39,348 nucleotides of DNA. It comes from Candidatus Azambacteria bacterium (GTDB taxonomy: Bacteria > Patescibacteriota > Minisyncoccia > GWC2-36-17 > WO2-46-25). Numbering within the stretch: position 1 is the first letter of the stretch; every line of letters starts with the position of its first letter. Below the pieces are notes generated by a model, which was not told the origin of the DNA, ran no database searches, and saw only the letters and a program-made list of their open reading frames with translations. The stretch lies in the NCBI GenBank assembly GCA_024654415.1, contig JANLHQ010000091.1:1-39348 (forward strand), read 5' to 3'. This document shows, piece after piece, positions 25,070 through 32,999 of this stretch. The position numbers were made by a program, and so were the translations under genes.

Positions 25070-25339
25070 ATGCCAAAAATAAAAAAGATCGTTGTGGATA
25101 GGAATTTATGCATCGGCGCGGCGAGCTGTGTGCTTTCAGCCGACACCGTGTTTGAACTCGACGCGGAGAACAAAGCGATCATGAAGCTCAAAGGCGGCGT
25201 GAAAAGCGCCGACCCCGCAGAAAAAACAACGCTCGAAGACGACGCGGTCGCAGACGATACGCTCCTTACCGCGGCGCAATCATGCCCCACGCGCGCGATA
25301 TTTCTTTATGACGAAGACGGCACACAGGTGTACCCGTAA
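25070..25339 (+). CDS. Small single-cluster ferredoxin, 3-Cys type (CxxAxxC...CP), likely [3Fe-4S]
   Basis: VDRNLCIGAASCVLSADTVFELD...LLTAAQSCPTRAIFLYDEDG. Only three Cys, in the classic spacing with Ala at the second ligand position. Confidence 0.8.
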   Translation: MPKIKKIVVDRNLCIGAASCVLSADTVFELDAENKAIMKLKGGVKSADPAEKTTLEDDAVADDTLLTAAQSCPTRAIFLYDEDGTQVYP

Positions 25340-26586
25340 TGGAAAAGATTAAGTATCTCATCATCGGCGGCGGCGTGGCGGGCACCACAGCCGCAGAAAC
25401 CATTCGCCAGCTTGATCCTCTTGGCTCATGCACCATTGTATCCGATGAACCATATCGGATGTATTCGCGTATCATGCTTTCAAAACCGAATTTTTTTCTT
25501 GAAAAAATCCCTTTTGATCAGATCTGGCTCAAACAAGATGACTGGTATCAGAAAAATACTATTTCGCTTATCACCGGCAAAAAAGCAACCGCGCTCGACA
25601 CTACAAAAAAAACAGTAACGCTCAATGATGGTACGACTATTACCTATGAAAAATTACTCCTTGCGCCTGGCTCGCGCGTGCGTATGTGGGACATTCCCGG
25701 AGCAGAGAAGGAAGGTATTTATTATCTCCGAACGCTCGATGATGCAAAAGGAATTATCGCGAAAGTAAAATCCGCAAAACGAGCGATCGTGGTTGGCGGC
25801 GGATTTGTCGGGTTTGAAATGTGTGAAATGCTTCACCTCGCCGGCATTGAAGTAACGCTCATCATCCGTGAGCCGTATTTTTGGGATCCTATACTTGATC
25901 AGCGCTCCGGTGCACGCATTGAGACTATACTCGAACTCGGCGGTATTAAAATCCTGCGCAACTCTCAAGTAAAAGAAGTTGTGGGCAATGCCACCGCGCA
26001 AGGGGTTACACTCCATAATAATATTATACTTCCCACCGATATGATTGTTGTCGGTATTGGCACTTATTGCCCATTTGCGTGGATACAAACTGCAGGCATA
26101 CAGGTAAACCAGGGTATCCTCACAAATGAATATCTTATGACAAACGCGCCTGATGTGTGGGCAGCTGGCGATGGCGCGGAATTTAAAGATGTTATTTTGG
26201 ACGAGCACATCCAGCTCGGCAATTGGGCGAACGCGCAAATGCAAGGCAGGGTTGCCGCGCGCAACATGTGCGGTGACGAAACAGAATTTCGCCTCGTATC
26301 GTTTTATGTGACAAGCGGGTTTGGCATTACCATTGCATTTGCGGGAGACATACGCCCGAGCGAAGGACGAGAAATCATTGCCCGCGACACGGCAGACGGC
26401 ATTTCCCTTTCACGACTTATTTTAAAAGCCGACAAAATTATCGGCGCGACAATGATCAACAACACCAAAGAGCTTGCTACGATAACAAAATTGGTTGAGA
26501 AAGGCACAAGTATGAAACATAGTAAGGAAAAGCTCGCAGATGCTTCATTCGACCTTAAAGCGCTCTTAGAAACACCCACACAATAA
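25339..26586 (+). CDS. FAD-dependent pyridine nucleotide-disulfide oxidoreductase (ferredoxin/rubredoxin reductase-like)
   Basis: FAD Rossmann YLIIGGGVAGTTAAE, NAD(P) Rossmann AIVVGGGFVGFEMCE, and VWAAGDGAEF. Start overlaps the ferredoxin stop (TAATG). Confidence 0.85.
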   Translation: MEKIKYLIIGGGVAGTTAAETIRQLDPLGSCTIVSDEPYRMYSRIMLSKPNFFLEKIPFDQIWLKQDDWYQKNTISLITGKKATALDTTKKTVTLNDGTTITYEKLLLAPGSRVRMWDIPGAEKEGIYYLRTLDDAKGIIAKVKSAKRAIVVGGGFVGFEMCEMLHLAGIEVTLIIREPYFWDPILDQRSGARIETILELGGIKILRNSQVKEVVGNATAQGVTLHNNIILPTDMIVVGIGTYCPFAWIQTAGIQVNQGILTNEYLMTNAPDVWAAGDGAEFKDVILDEHIQLGNWANAQMQGRVAARNMCGDETEFRLVSFYVTSGFGITIAFAGDIRPSEGREIIARDTADGISLSRLILKADKIIGATMINNTKELATITKLVEKGTSMKHSKEKLADASFDLKALLETPTQ

Positions 26587-26625
26587 GAGCAAATCCTAAA
26601 TCAAATAATATCTAGTGAAAAAATA

Positions 26626-26656
26626 AAAACCCTCGCGACGCTGCGCAAGGGTTTTA
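26626..26656. terminator. Probable bidirectional terminator between convergent genes
   Basis: aaaaccctcgcg-acgctg-cgcaagggtttt: imperfect stem (one mismatch) flanked by A- and T-runs. Confidence 0.5.
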
Positions 26657-26662
26657 TTATAC

Positions 26663-27094
26663 TTATACTGCGATACCAAGAAGCATTATACCACCGAAAA
26701 TAAGTGTGGTGACAAAAAAAACACAGCTTGGATACACAAGAAAGCGATGAATCTTTGGCGTGCGCTTTCCAGTAAATAAAAAAAGCGCAGAGAGAAATGA
26801 AAGAGCGAATAACGACGCAACTACCAGGTGAAGAGAGTGAACAATACTGCTTCGTATGGATTCTTCAACCCCACCACCCTGTTTAAGGATCTCAACTAAA
26901 ACAACTACAACAAGTACGCCGATGAGCGATATAGCCGCACATACCCTGTGCGATGCAAGGAAGTTATCGTCTCGGTCCTCCCTTGTTTTACCACTTTTTA
27001 CATATTTCCTTCCACATACCACGGTAAGGAAGATGAACATGGTGGTAAGAATGAAAGACATATAAATACCATACCTCGCTAACAGCATAAACAT
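26663..27094 (-). CDS. Polytopic membrane protein (143 aa), unknown family
   Basis: Four hydrophobic helices. Very strong SD (AAGGAGGAGGG) upstream of the ATG. Confidence 0.6.
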   Translation of the reverse strand: MFMLLARYGIYMSFILTTMFIFLTVVCGRKYVKSGKTREDRDDNFLASHRVCAAISLIGVLVVVVLVEILKQGGGVEESIRSSIVHSLHLVVASLFALSFLSALFLFTGKRTPKIHRFLVYPSCVFFVTTLIFGGIMLLGIAV

Positions 27095-27246
27095 AACCCT
27101 CCTCCTTTTTTATGAAATTGTCTCCCTACTATTCCTTATGCATGTAAAAATGTCAATTACTCAAAACTCATCCCCTATTTTTTCTTTTGATATCGTGAAT
27201 AAATCAAAATTATAAGAATAATTTTCTCTATTACCACCACTAGTGC

Positions 27247-27275
27247 TTGACAAACCAGCAAAGAACATGTTCAAT
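27247..27275 (+). promoter_or_regulatory. Candidate promoter of the 160-aa orphan gene
   Basis: TTGACA-17 nt-TTCAAT, about 50 nt upstream of the ATG at 27326. Confidence 0.4.
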
Positions 27276-27325
27276 AGTAGCTTATCGTACATTACAAAAA
27301 CACTCAATAAAGGGAGGGGTAGAAA

Positions 27326-27808
27326 ATGGCAGAGTTAAATAGTGGCCGGATGCCAAGAACGGATTTCAGATACGAAGAATTTGAAGGGCTGCTCGCAAGC
27401 TACTACCTCACCTTTTTGCCTCTTAGAAAAGGAGGGGTTCAAGACGCGAAGGATTTTATAAAGCTCGTAAGAATCCTCAATGGGTTCGCCACGCGGTACT
27501 GCGTACAAAAACCGATTGATGCCATCGCTCATCCGCGAAAAACAGAAATATGGGCAGTGCCGCAGAACATAGGGAGCTGTTTCTCCATCATCGACCTGCT
27601 TAGCTCATTCTGGAGAGACTTTGATGGTGACTGTGGCAACCCGCACACAAAAAACGGGAAGGAACAGCGCAAGCTTGGCCGTTTAGTCATCAGCATCCTT
27701 CACCGCCATCACGTGCTGACCGCGGAATTTCAAAAAGTCGGTCGCAATAGACTTGTAGTAGGAATCATCAAGTGGAACAATAGAGAAAGAATTTTGTTCC
27801 ATCGCTGA
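27326..27808 (+). CDS. Orphan cytoplasmic hypothetical protein (160 aa)
   Basis: SD AGGGAGGGG 8 nt upstream of the ATG. Own promoter-like element and terminator. No TM and no recognisable motif. Confidence 0.5.
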   Translation: MAELNSGRMPRTDFRYEEFEGLLASYYLTFLPLRKGGVQDAKDFIKLVRILNGFATRYCVQKPIDAIAHPRKTEIWAVPQNIGSCFSIIDLLSSFWRDFDGDCGNPHTKNGKEQRKLGRLVISILHRHHVLTAEFQKVGRNRLVVGIIKWNNRERILFHR

Positions 27809-27836
27809 CGTAACGCAATAAACCCCATCAAAAAAC

Positions 27837-27871
27837 AAAAAGCCACCCGAACAAATCCGGGTGGCTTTTTC
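27837..27871. terminator. Rho-independent terminator after the orphan gene
   Basis: aaaaagccacccg-aacaaatc-cgggtggcttttt. Confidence 0.75.
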
Positions 27872-27905
27872 CTTTTCTATATAAATATGCATATAATGCA
27901 GTGAT

Positions 27906-28409
27906 ATGCTTGTACTACTCCATAACATACGAAGCGCGCATAATGTCGGCTCTATTTTTAGAACTGCCGATGCGGCGGGCATTGAAAAAATATACTTATG
28001 CGGTATCACCCCTGCCCCGATAGACCGCTTCGGAAAACCGCGGCAAGAAATCGCAAAAGTTGCGCTTGGCGCGGAAAGCACCGTGCCATGGGAAATATCC
28101 CATTCAACCGTTTCCCTGCTTAAAAAACTCAAAAAACAGGGGTTTATGATATATGCCATAGAACAAAGCGTTCGCTCAATGCCCTACAATACAATGCGCC
28201 TACATAAAAAAGAGCTCGCGCGTACTGTGCTGGTGGTTGGCAATGAGGTTGAGGGGCTTTCTTCTTCTATACTCACTCACGCAGATACTATTCTTGAAAT
28301 TCCTATGAGCGGGGGGAAAGAATCGCTCAACGTCGCCGTCGCGTTCGGCATCGTCGCATTTCACCTGCTTCACCCAGTGGGTTCACGGATAGCCAAGAAG
28401 ATGCTATAG
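27906..28409 (+). CDS. SpoU/TrmH-family RNA 2'-O-methyltransferase
   Basis: LLHNIRSAHNVGSIFRTADAAG...VLVVGNEVEGLS...ILEIPMSGGKESLNVAVAFGIVAFHL = SPOUT motifs 1-3. Confidence 0.88.
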   Translation: MLVLLHNIRSAHNVGSIFRTADAAGIEKIYLCGITPAPIDRFGKPRQEIAKVALGAESTVPWEISHSTVSLLKKLKKQGFMIYAIEQSVRSMPYNTMRLHKKELARTVLVVGNEVEGLSSSILTHADTILEIPMSGGKESLNVAVAFGIVAFHLLHPVGSRIAKKML

Positions 28410-28436
28410 TAATCGCATAATTAAAGATACTTATCT

Positions 28437-29087
28437 ATGAAAAATCTTATCGTTTTCGGGGTTGTAGTAGTAGTTGCCGTGGGAGTTGGTTATTATTTTT
28501 TCTTCGCGCCAGGACAGCCAAAATCATTAGAAAATGAGCCGTCTTCATTTCCCATTGATACTCCTATTGAAAGCGACTCCGTGAAAGGGGCGCGCGACGC
28601 ACAAACGGTTCTTGTCGAATACAGTGACTTTCAATGTCCTGCATGCGCGGCATACCAACCAATCGTAAAACAAATCGCAGAAGAGTTTGATGGAAAGCTA
28701 GCAATCGTGTATCGCCACCTCCCACTACTTCAGCACAAACATGCAAAGATCGCAGCATATTCAGCTGAAGCCGCTGGCAAACAAGGAAAATTTTGGGAAA
28801 TGCATGACATGATCTTTGAAACGCAAAGAGATTGGTCATCAGAAAAAGATGCGCGCGATATCTTTATTGGCTATGCAGAGGCGCTTGGGCTTGACCGCGC
28901 GCAGTTCATTACTGACATTGACTCAAATGAGATTGCGGATAAAGTAAGCGCGCACTATAAAAGCGGGATGCAGGCGGGCGTGACAGGGACGCCTACATTT
29001 TTCCTTAACGGTGAAAAACTCGACACACCGCGCACCTACGAAGACTTCAAAAACGCAGTTGGAGAGGCCATCTTTAACACACAATGA
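28437..29087 (+). CDS. Membrane-anchored DsbA-family thiol:disulfide oxidoreductase (CPAC)
   Basis: TM anchor LIVFGVVVVVAVGVGYYFFFA. LVEYSDFQCPACAAYQP. cis-Pro loop GVTGTPTFFLNG. Confidence 0.85.
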   Translation: MKNLIVFGVVVVVAVGVGYYFFFAPGQPKSLENEPSSFPIDTPIESDSVKGARDAQTVLVEYSDFQCPACAAYQPIVKQIAEEFDGKLAIVYRHLPLLQHKHAKIAAYSAEAAGKQGKFWEMHDMIFETQRDWSSEKDARDIFIGYAEALGLDRAQFITDIDSNEIADKVSAHYKSGMQAGVTGTPTFFLNGEKLDTPRTYEDFKNAVGEAIFNTQ

Positions 29088-29701
29088 ACCAAACACTAAA
29101 AACAATTTTTATTTCGGCAATCATTGCTGGTATCGCAGGGAGCGCAGTGACGCTTATATTCATACGCCAACCAAACCCAGTAACAACGCCAACCGCAAAA
29201 GAGTTAATAAAAGAATTTTATCTTGCTGAGAATGCGGTACATGTAAGCCCGCACGGATTACGAGGAAAAATGGACGCTGGGGACCAATCATATATCCTTG
29301 TTGATCTCCGGAGTCCAGAGGAATATACAAAGGAGCATATTATCGGAGCGATAAATATCTACGCATATAAGGACCCGTACACGCCCGTATACGAAGACAA
29401 AGAGCGTATCGTGGAAGGATTCCGTACTCTACCTAAAGATAAGGACATCATCGTCTATTGTTATAGCACTGCGTGTATGACGGGGCGTAAGATCGGAAAG
29501 CTACTCGCTGAAAATGATATTTTTGTGAAGCAACTTGGTATCGGGTGGAATGAGTGGCGGCATTTTTGGACGCTCTGGAATCACGAGCATGAGTGGCGTA
29601 CTACGCGCGCGGAAGATTATATTACAAAGGGTACTGACCCCGGTGTACCAACGGTACGTACCTTACCCACTCCGTGTGGGATTGGTGAACTCGGGTGTTA
29701 G
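29084..29701 (+). CDS. Membrane-anchored rhodanese-domain protein with two-Cys active-site loop and C-terminal Cys pair
   Basis: TM anchor IFISAIIAGIAGSAVTLIFI. ILVDLRSPEEYTKEHIIGAINI...IIVYCYSTACMTGRKIGKLL...LGIGWNEW. Tail PTPCGIGELGC. Start overlaps the DsbA stop (ATGA). Confidence 0.8.
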   Translation: MNQTLKTIFISAIIAGIAGSAVTLIFIRQPNPVTTPTAKELIKEFYLAENAVHVSPHGLRGKMDAGDQSYILVDLRSPEEYTKEHIIGAINIYAYKDPYTPVYEDKERIVEGFRTLPKDKDIIVYCYSTACMTGRKIGKLLAENDIFVKQLGIGWNEWRHFWTLWNHEHEWRTTRAEDYITKGTDPGVPTVRTLPTPCGIGELGC

Positions 29702-29752
29702 TGGATTATATTATTGCAATTGGCTTACCCACTACAGTATACTAGAAGCATT

Positions 29753-30265
29753 ATGAGTTGGAATATTTTTCTCACAATCGCGCATATCGTTGGCACTGTC
29801 CTTGGTGTTGGTGGTGCGACGTTTGCTGAAATATTTTACATGAAGGCAATGAAAGATGGTCATGTCGACCCAACTGAAAGTGATTTTTTGAAAACAAGCT
29901 ACCGCGTTCTGCGCATCGGCATGATTCTTCTTATCCTCTCTGGGTTCGGTTATTTTCTTTTGTTCCGCATCGAAGGGAAGGAATTTCTCCTATATAACGA
30001 TCGCTTTCTTGCAAAGGTTTGGCTTACCATCATCATTTTTTTCAACGCGCTCCTCATTCAAACACGAAAGATTCCTTTGTGGCTTGGGGGCGCCCTTTCG
30101 ATTACTTCATGGTATGCGGCGCTTGTGCTTGGTATATGGAGAGGTATCCCGGCTTCGCTTTTTGCAATTACACTGTGGTATATTGCCGCAGTTCTTGTAG
30201 TAGCCTTGATTCTTCATGTTATTAGAAAGGCATATCTTAAAGCCCCACCTCAAATCCAACAATGA
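29753..30265 (+). CDS. Five-helix membrane protein with conserved His in TM1 (CopD/HemJ-like pattern?)
   Basis: Track start trimmed to ATG 29753 (MSWNIFLTIAHIVGTVLGVGGATFAE). TTGCAA-18 nt-TATACT ends 9 nt upstream of the ATG. A second His lies near the C-terminus (LILHVIRK). Confidence 0.6.
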   Translation: MSWNIFLTIAHIVGTVLGVGGATFAEIFYMKAMKDGHVDPTESDFLKTSYRVLRIGMILLILSGFGYFLLFRIEGKEFLLYNDRFLAKVWLTIIIFFNALLIQTRKIPLWLGGALSITSWYAALVLGIWRGIPASLFAITLWYIAAVLVVALILHVIRKAYLKAPPQIQQ

Positions 30266-30717
30266 CACCTTTTCTTAAAACACTTCTCTCACTTCATGTA
30301 ATTCTCGGTGTTATTGGTGTTATTGCGTTTGCGGGAGTGTGGATGAATATGCTTAAGCGCGCACTTCCATTGAAGTTTTTAAAGTGGTCTAGCGCAATTG
30401 GATTTATTTCATTTATTGCGTCGTGGTTTGCTGGTGGCTACTACTACACTGTGTATTACGGTAAAGCTGCAAAGCCCCTCATCGTTAAGGGGCAATATCC
30501 GTGGGCACATGCACTTTTTATGGAGGCAAAGGAACACATCTTTCTATTTCTCCCTTTTCTCGCGGCCTCATTATTCATCGCCCTTCTTCTTCTTGATAAG
30601 AATGCTGAAACAGAAGTACCTCTGAAGCGCGCGCTCACATGGCTCGCTGGTGTTATCGTGGTGCTTGGCATTATCATGACGCTTTCTGGAATTATTATTT
30701 CTGGTGCGGTAAGATAA
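30262..30717 (+). CDS. Four-helix membrane protein with His in TM1 and a KEH motif
   Basis: LLSLHVILGVIGVIAFAGVW; YPWAHALFMEAKEHIFLFLPF. Start overlaps the previous stop (ATGA). Confidence 0.6.
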   Translation: MTPFLKTLLSLHVILGVIGVIAFAGVWMNMLKRALPLKFLKWSSAIGFISFIASWFAGGYYYTVYYGKAAKPLIVKGQYPWAHALFMEAKEHIFLFLPFLAASLFIALLLLDKNAETEVPLKRALTWLAGVIVVLGIIMTLSGIIISGAVR

Positions 30718-31064
30718 TGTATATGGAACTCTCAAATATTCGACTTAAGATTATCCGCGCAACAATGTACGCCGCAGGGCTTACTATAGTATTTATTACC
30801 GGCGTCACTATTACTGCTGACCTATATCCACCGCTTAAAAATTGGTTAAAAATAACATTTTCTCACCACTGGATCGGAAAAGGAATCCTTGCCGCCGTCA
30901 TATTTATTATGGTGTCGCTAATACTTTCACTCCTCCCAGCTCACATAGATGAAGGAAAAATAAAAACACTCGTGCGAAGCGCATGGGTGCTCGTGATTAT
31001 TACTCTCATAGGGACTCTCGTTATCACCTCGTTCTTTATTTATGAGGCATTTCTTAAGCATTGA
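30717..31064 (+). CDS. Three-helix membrane protein (115 aa) with HH pair
   Basis: Track start trimmed to ATG 30717 (TAATG overlap): MYMELSNIRLKIIRATMYAAGLTIVFITGV...ITFSHHWIGKGILAAVIFIMV. Confidence 0.55.
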   Translation: MYMELSNIRLKIIRATMYAAGLTIVFITGVTITADLYPPLKNWLKITFSHHWIGKGILAAVIFIMVSLILSLLPAHIDEGKIKTLVRSAWVLVIITLIGTLVITSFFIYEAFLKH

Positions 31065-31066
31065 GC

Positions 31067-31744
31067 ATGGAAGCAAAGAAAATTAAAATCCTTGTTTTAT
31101 TTTACACGACTGGCGGATGCACCGCTGATTTTGCGAGAGAGATAGGCAGGGGCGCAGCATCGGTTGCGGGCGCAGAAGTTACGCTGAGACGTATTCCAGA
31201 AATTTTACCGCGAGAAGCCCTTGGAAGCAGTCCAGAGCGTGTTGCGCGCATGGAGGCACTCGAAAAAGAATTCCCTGAAGCAACCATTGAGGATCTTATC
31301 GAGGCGGACGGTGTTGCATTCGGTACACCCGTGCATTTCGGCTCATTTGCATCACAGGTAAAGCATTTTCTCGACCAACTCACCCTAGCATGGCACCAGC
31401 AAAAACTAGTCAACAAGCCAGCGGCGGTATTTTGCGTCGGCCATGGTATGCATAGTGGTGAAGAAGCGGCATTACTATCACTCATCATCCCACTCCTTAA
31501 TCTCGGTATGATTCCTGTTGGTATTCCCTATCCTATTCAAAGCGCCGCGCATGATTTCGATGCGGGAAGCCCCTATGGTGCCATTTTTATCTCTGCCGGC
31601 GGGAAACGCCAAATGACCGACATGGATAAAAAGGTTGCCCAAATTCTTGGCCGTCGACTTGCTTCCATGGCAACTCTGTTGAGTTGCGGTTGCGAGTCAT
31701 GTGGTGCATGCCACGAGCTCACGAAATCACTACCGCATCCATAA
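31067..31744 (+). CDS. wrbA: WrbA-like flavodoxin-fold NAD(P)H:quinone oxidoreductase with Cys-rich C-terminal tail
   Basis: Track start 31061 is TTG; ATG at 31067. KILVLFYTTGGCTADFAREIGRGA...ADGVAFGTPVHFGSFASQVKHFLDQL...AAVFCVGHG...GSPYGAIFISAGG aligns by eye with E. coli WrbA. Extra tail LLSCGCESCGACHELT. Confidence 0.8.
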   Translation: MEAKKIKILVLFYTTGGCTADFAREIGRGAASVAGAEVTLRRIPEILPREALGSSPERVARMEALEKEFPEATIEDLIEADGVAFGTPVHFGSFASQVKHFLDQLTLAWHQQKLVNKPAAVFCVGHGMHSGEEAALLSLIIPLLNLGMIPVGIPYPIQSAAHDFDAGSPYGAIFISAGGKRQMTDMDKKVAQILGRRLASMATLLSCGCESCGACHELTKSLPHP

Positions 31745-31767
31745 AACCTTTTGTATATTTTATCCTC

Positions 31768-31794
31768 GCGTCGTACATAGTACGACGCTTTTTT
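31768..31794 (+). terminator. Rho-independent terminator after the WrbA-like gene
   Basis: gcgtcgtac-ata-gtacgacgc followed by tttttt. Confidence 0.8.
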
Positions 31795-31810
31795 AAAAAA
31801 ATAACAGCAA

Positions 31811-31839
31811 TTGACAACACTGCTATTACTTGGTATTCT
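31811..31839 (+). promoter_or_regulatory. Candidate promoter of the Rrf2-suf operon
   Basis: TTGACA-17 nt-TATTCT, 35 nt upstream of the Rrf2 ATG. Confidence 0.5.
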
Positions 31840-31874
31840 CGCAATAGCCAATCTCGGAGTATTTTGGTCGGAAT

Positions 31875-32273
31875 ATGATATCGCGCAAAACGGATTATAG
31901 CTTAATACTTATGCAAGCGCTCAAACCCACCTTCACGTCGGGTGATTTTATGACGCTTGAAGGCATCGCAAAACAATATCGCCTCCCGCACGCATATTGT
32001 GAAAAGCTCGCCCACAAACTCAAAGAGGCAGGCATCCTTGCATCACGCGTCGGGAAAAACGGCGGATATCGCCTTGCAAAAGATCCAAAAAAGATCAGCG
32101 TGCAATCACTTGTCGATGTATTTCAAAAACAACAGCCGATACGATGCCTCCTTGCGCCAAATGCAGAAAAATCATGCGCACTTGCTCTTACCTGCCCTAC
32201 GAAGAAAGGATGGCTCCGCATTGACACAGAGATCAGAAAAACGCTTACGCGTCTTACCATTGCAAACATATAA
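31875..32273 (+). CDS. Rrf2-family transcriptional regulator (IscR/SufR-like, 3-Cys cluster)
   Basis: MISRKTDYSLILMQAL...LEGIAKQYRLPHAYCEKLAHKLKEAGILASRVGKNGGYRLAK (wHTH). C-terminal Cys triad C-x12-C-x5-C (IRCLLAPNAEKSCALALTCP). Confidence 0.85.
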   Translation: MISRKTDYSLILMQALKPTFTSGDFMTLEGIAKQYRLPHAYCEKLAHKLKEAGILASRVGKNGGYRLAKDPKKISVQSLVDVFQKQQPIRCLLAPNAEKSCALALTCPTKKGWLRIDTEIRKTLTRLTIANI

Positions 32274-32276
32274 ACC

Positions 32277-32999
32277 ATGTCGCTTATCATCAAAAACCTT
32301 ACGGTGGTCGCAGATGGCAAAGAGGTCGTCAAGAACTTTTCCCTGACAATAAAGAAGGGAGAGATCCACGCGCTTATGGGGCCGAATGGCTCTGGTAAAA
32401 CATCGCTCTGCTCCGCCATACTCGGACACCCTTCATATCGCATTACGAAAGGAGATATTTTATTTAAGGGCGCAAGCATTCTTGGCCTACGCACCGAAGA
32501 GCGCGCGCAACTCGGTATCTTTCTTTCATTTCAGGAACCACCCGAGATCCGCGGCGTCCCTATGTCGTCATTTCTCCGTACCGTCGCAAAAACACACACG
32601 AAGGAAAAGGCGCCCGACACAATGAAACAGGTCACCATGCACAGTGAAAAAATTGGACTCGGACCTCATTTTCTTGATCGATCACTAAACGAAGGGTTCT
32701 CTGGGGGAGAAAAGAAAAAGAGTGAAATACTGCAGTTTATTGCCGCGCATCCTCGCATTGCTCTTTTGGATGAGATAGATGCGGGAGTAGATATAGATTC
32801 GCTTGATGCAATAGCGCGCATACTCAAAAAGGCGGCATCGCAGGGAACAGGAATACTTATTATTTCACATAGCGCGCGCATATTCAAAAGGTGTGCGCCC
32901 GATTTTGTACATATTATTGAACATGGCGTACGCATTGCATCTGGCGGGCGATCTCTCCTTAAAAAAATTGAGGCGAAAGGATATCGAAAAAAGTCATGA
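32277..32999 (+). CDS. sufC: Fe-S cluster assembly ATPase SufC
   Basis: Walker A GPNGSGKTSL, YRITKGDILFKG, ABC signature FSGGEKKK, Walker B ALLDEIDAGVDID. Confidence 0.95.
   Translation: MSLIIKNLTVVADGKEVVKNFSLTIKKGEIHALMGPNGSGKTSLCSAILGHPSYRITKGDILFKGASILGLRTEERAQLGIFLSFQEPPEIRGVPMSSFLRTVAKTHTKEKAPDTMKQVTMHSEKIGLGPHFLDRSLNEGFSGGEKKKSEILQFIAAHPRIALLDEIDAGVDIDSLDAIARILKKAASQGTGILIISHSARIFKRCAPDFVHIIEHGVRIASGGRSLLKKIEAKGYRKKS

Noticed and set aside
27683-28159. 158-aa minus-strand ORF
   Set aside because: Its 5' two-thirds is antisense to the well-supported TrmH-family gene, and the remainder is antisense to the SD-led 27326 ORF. It has no translation signals.
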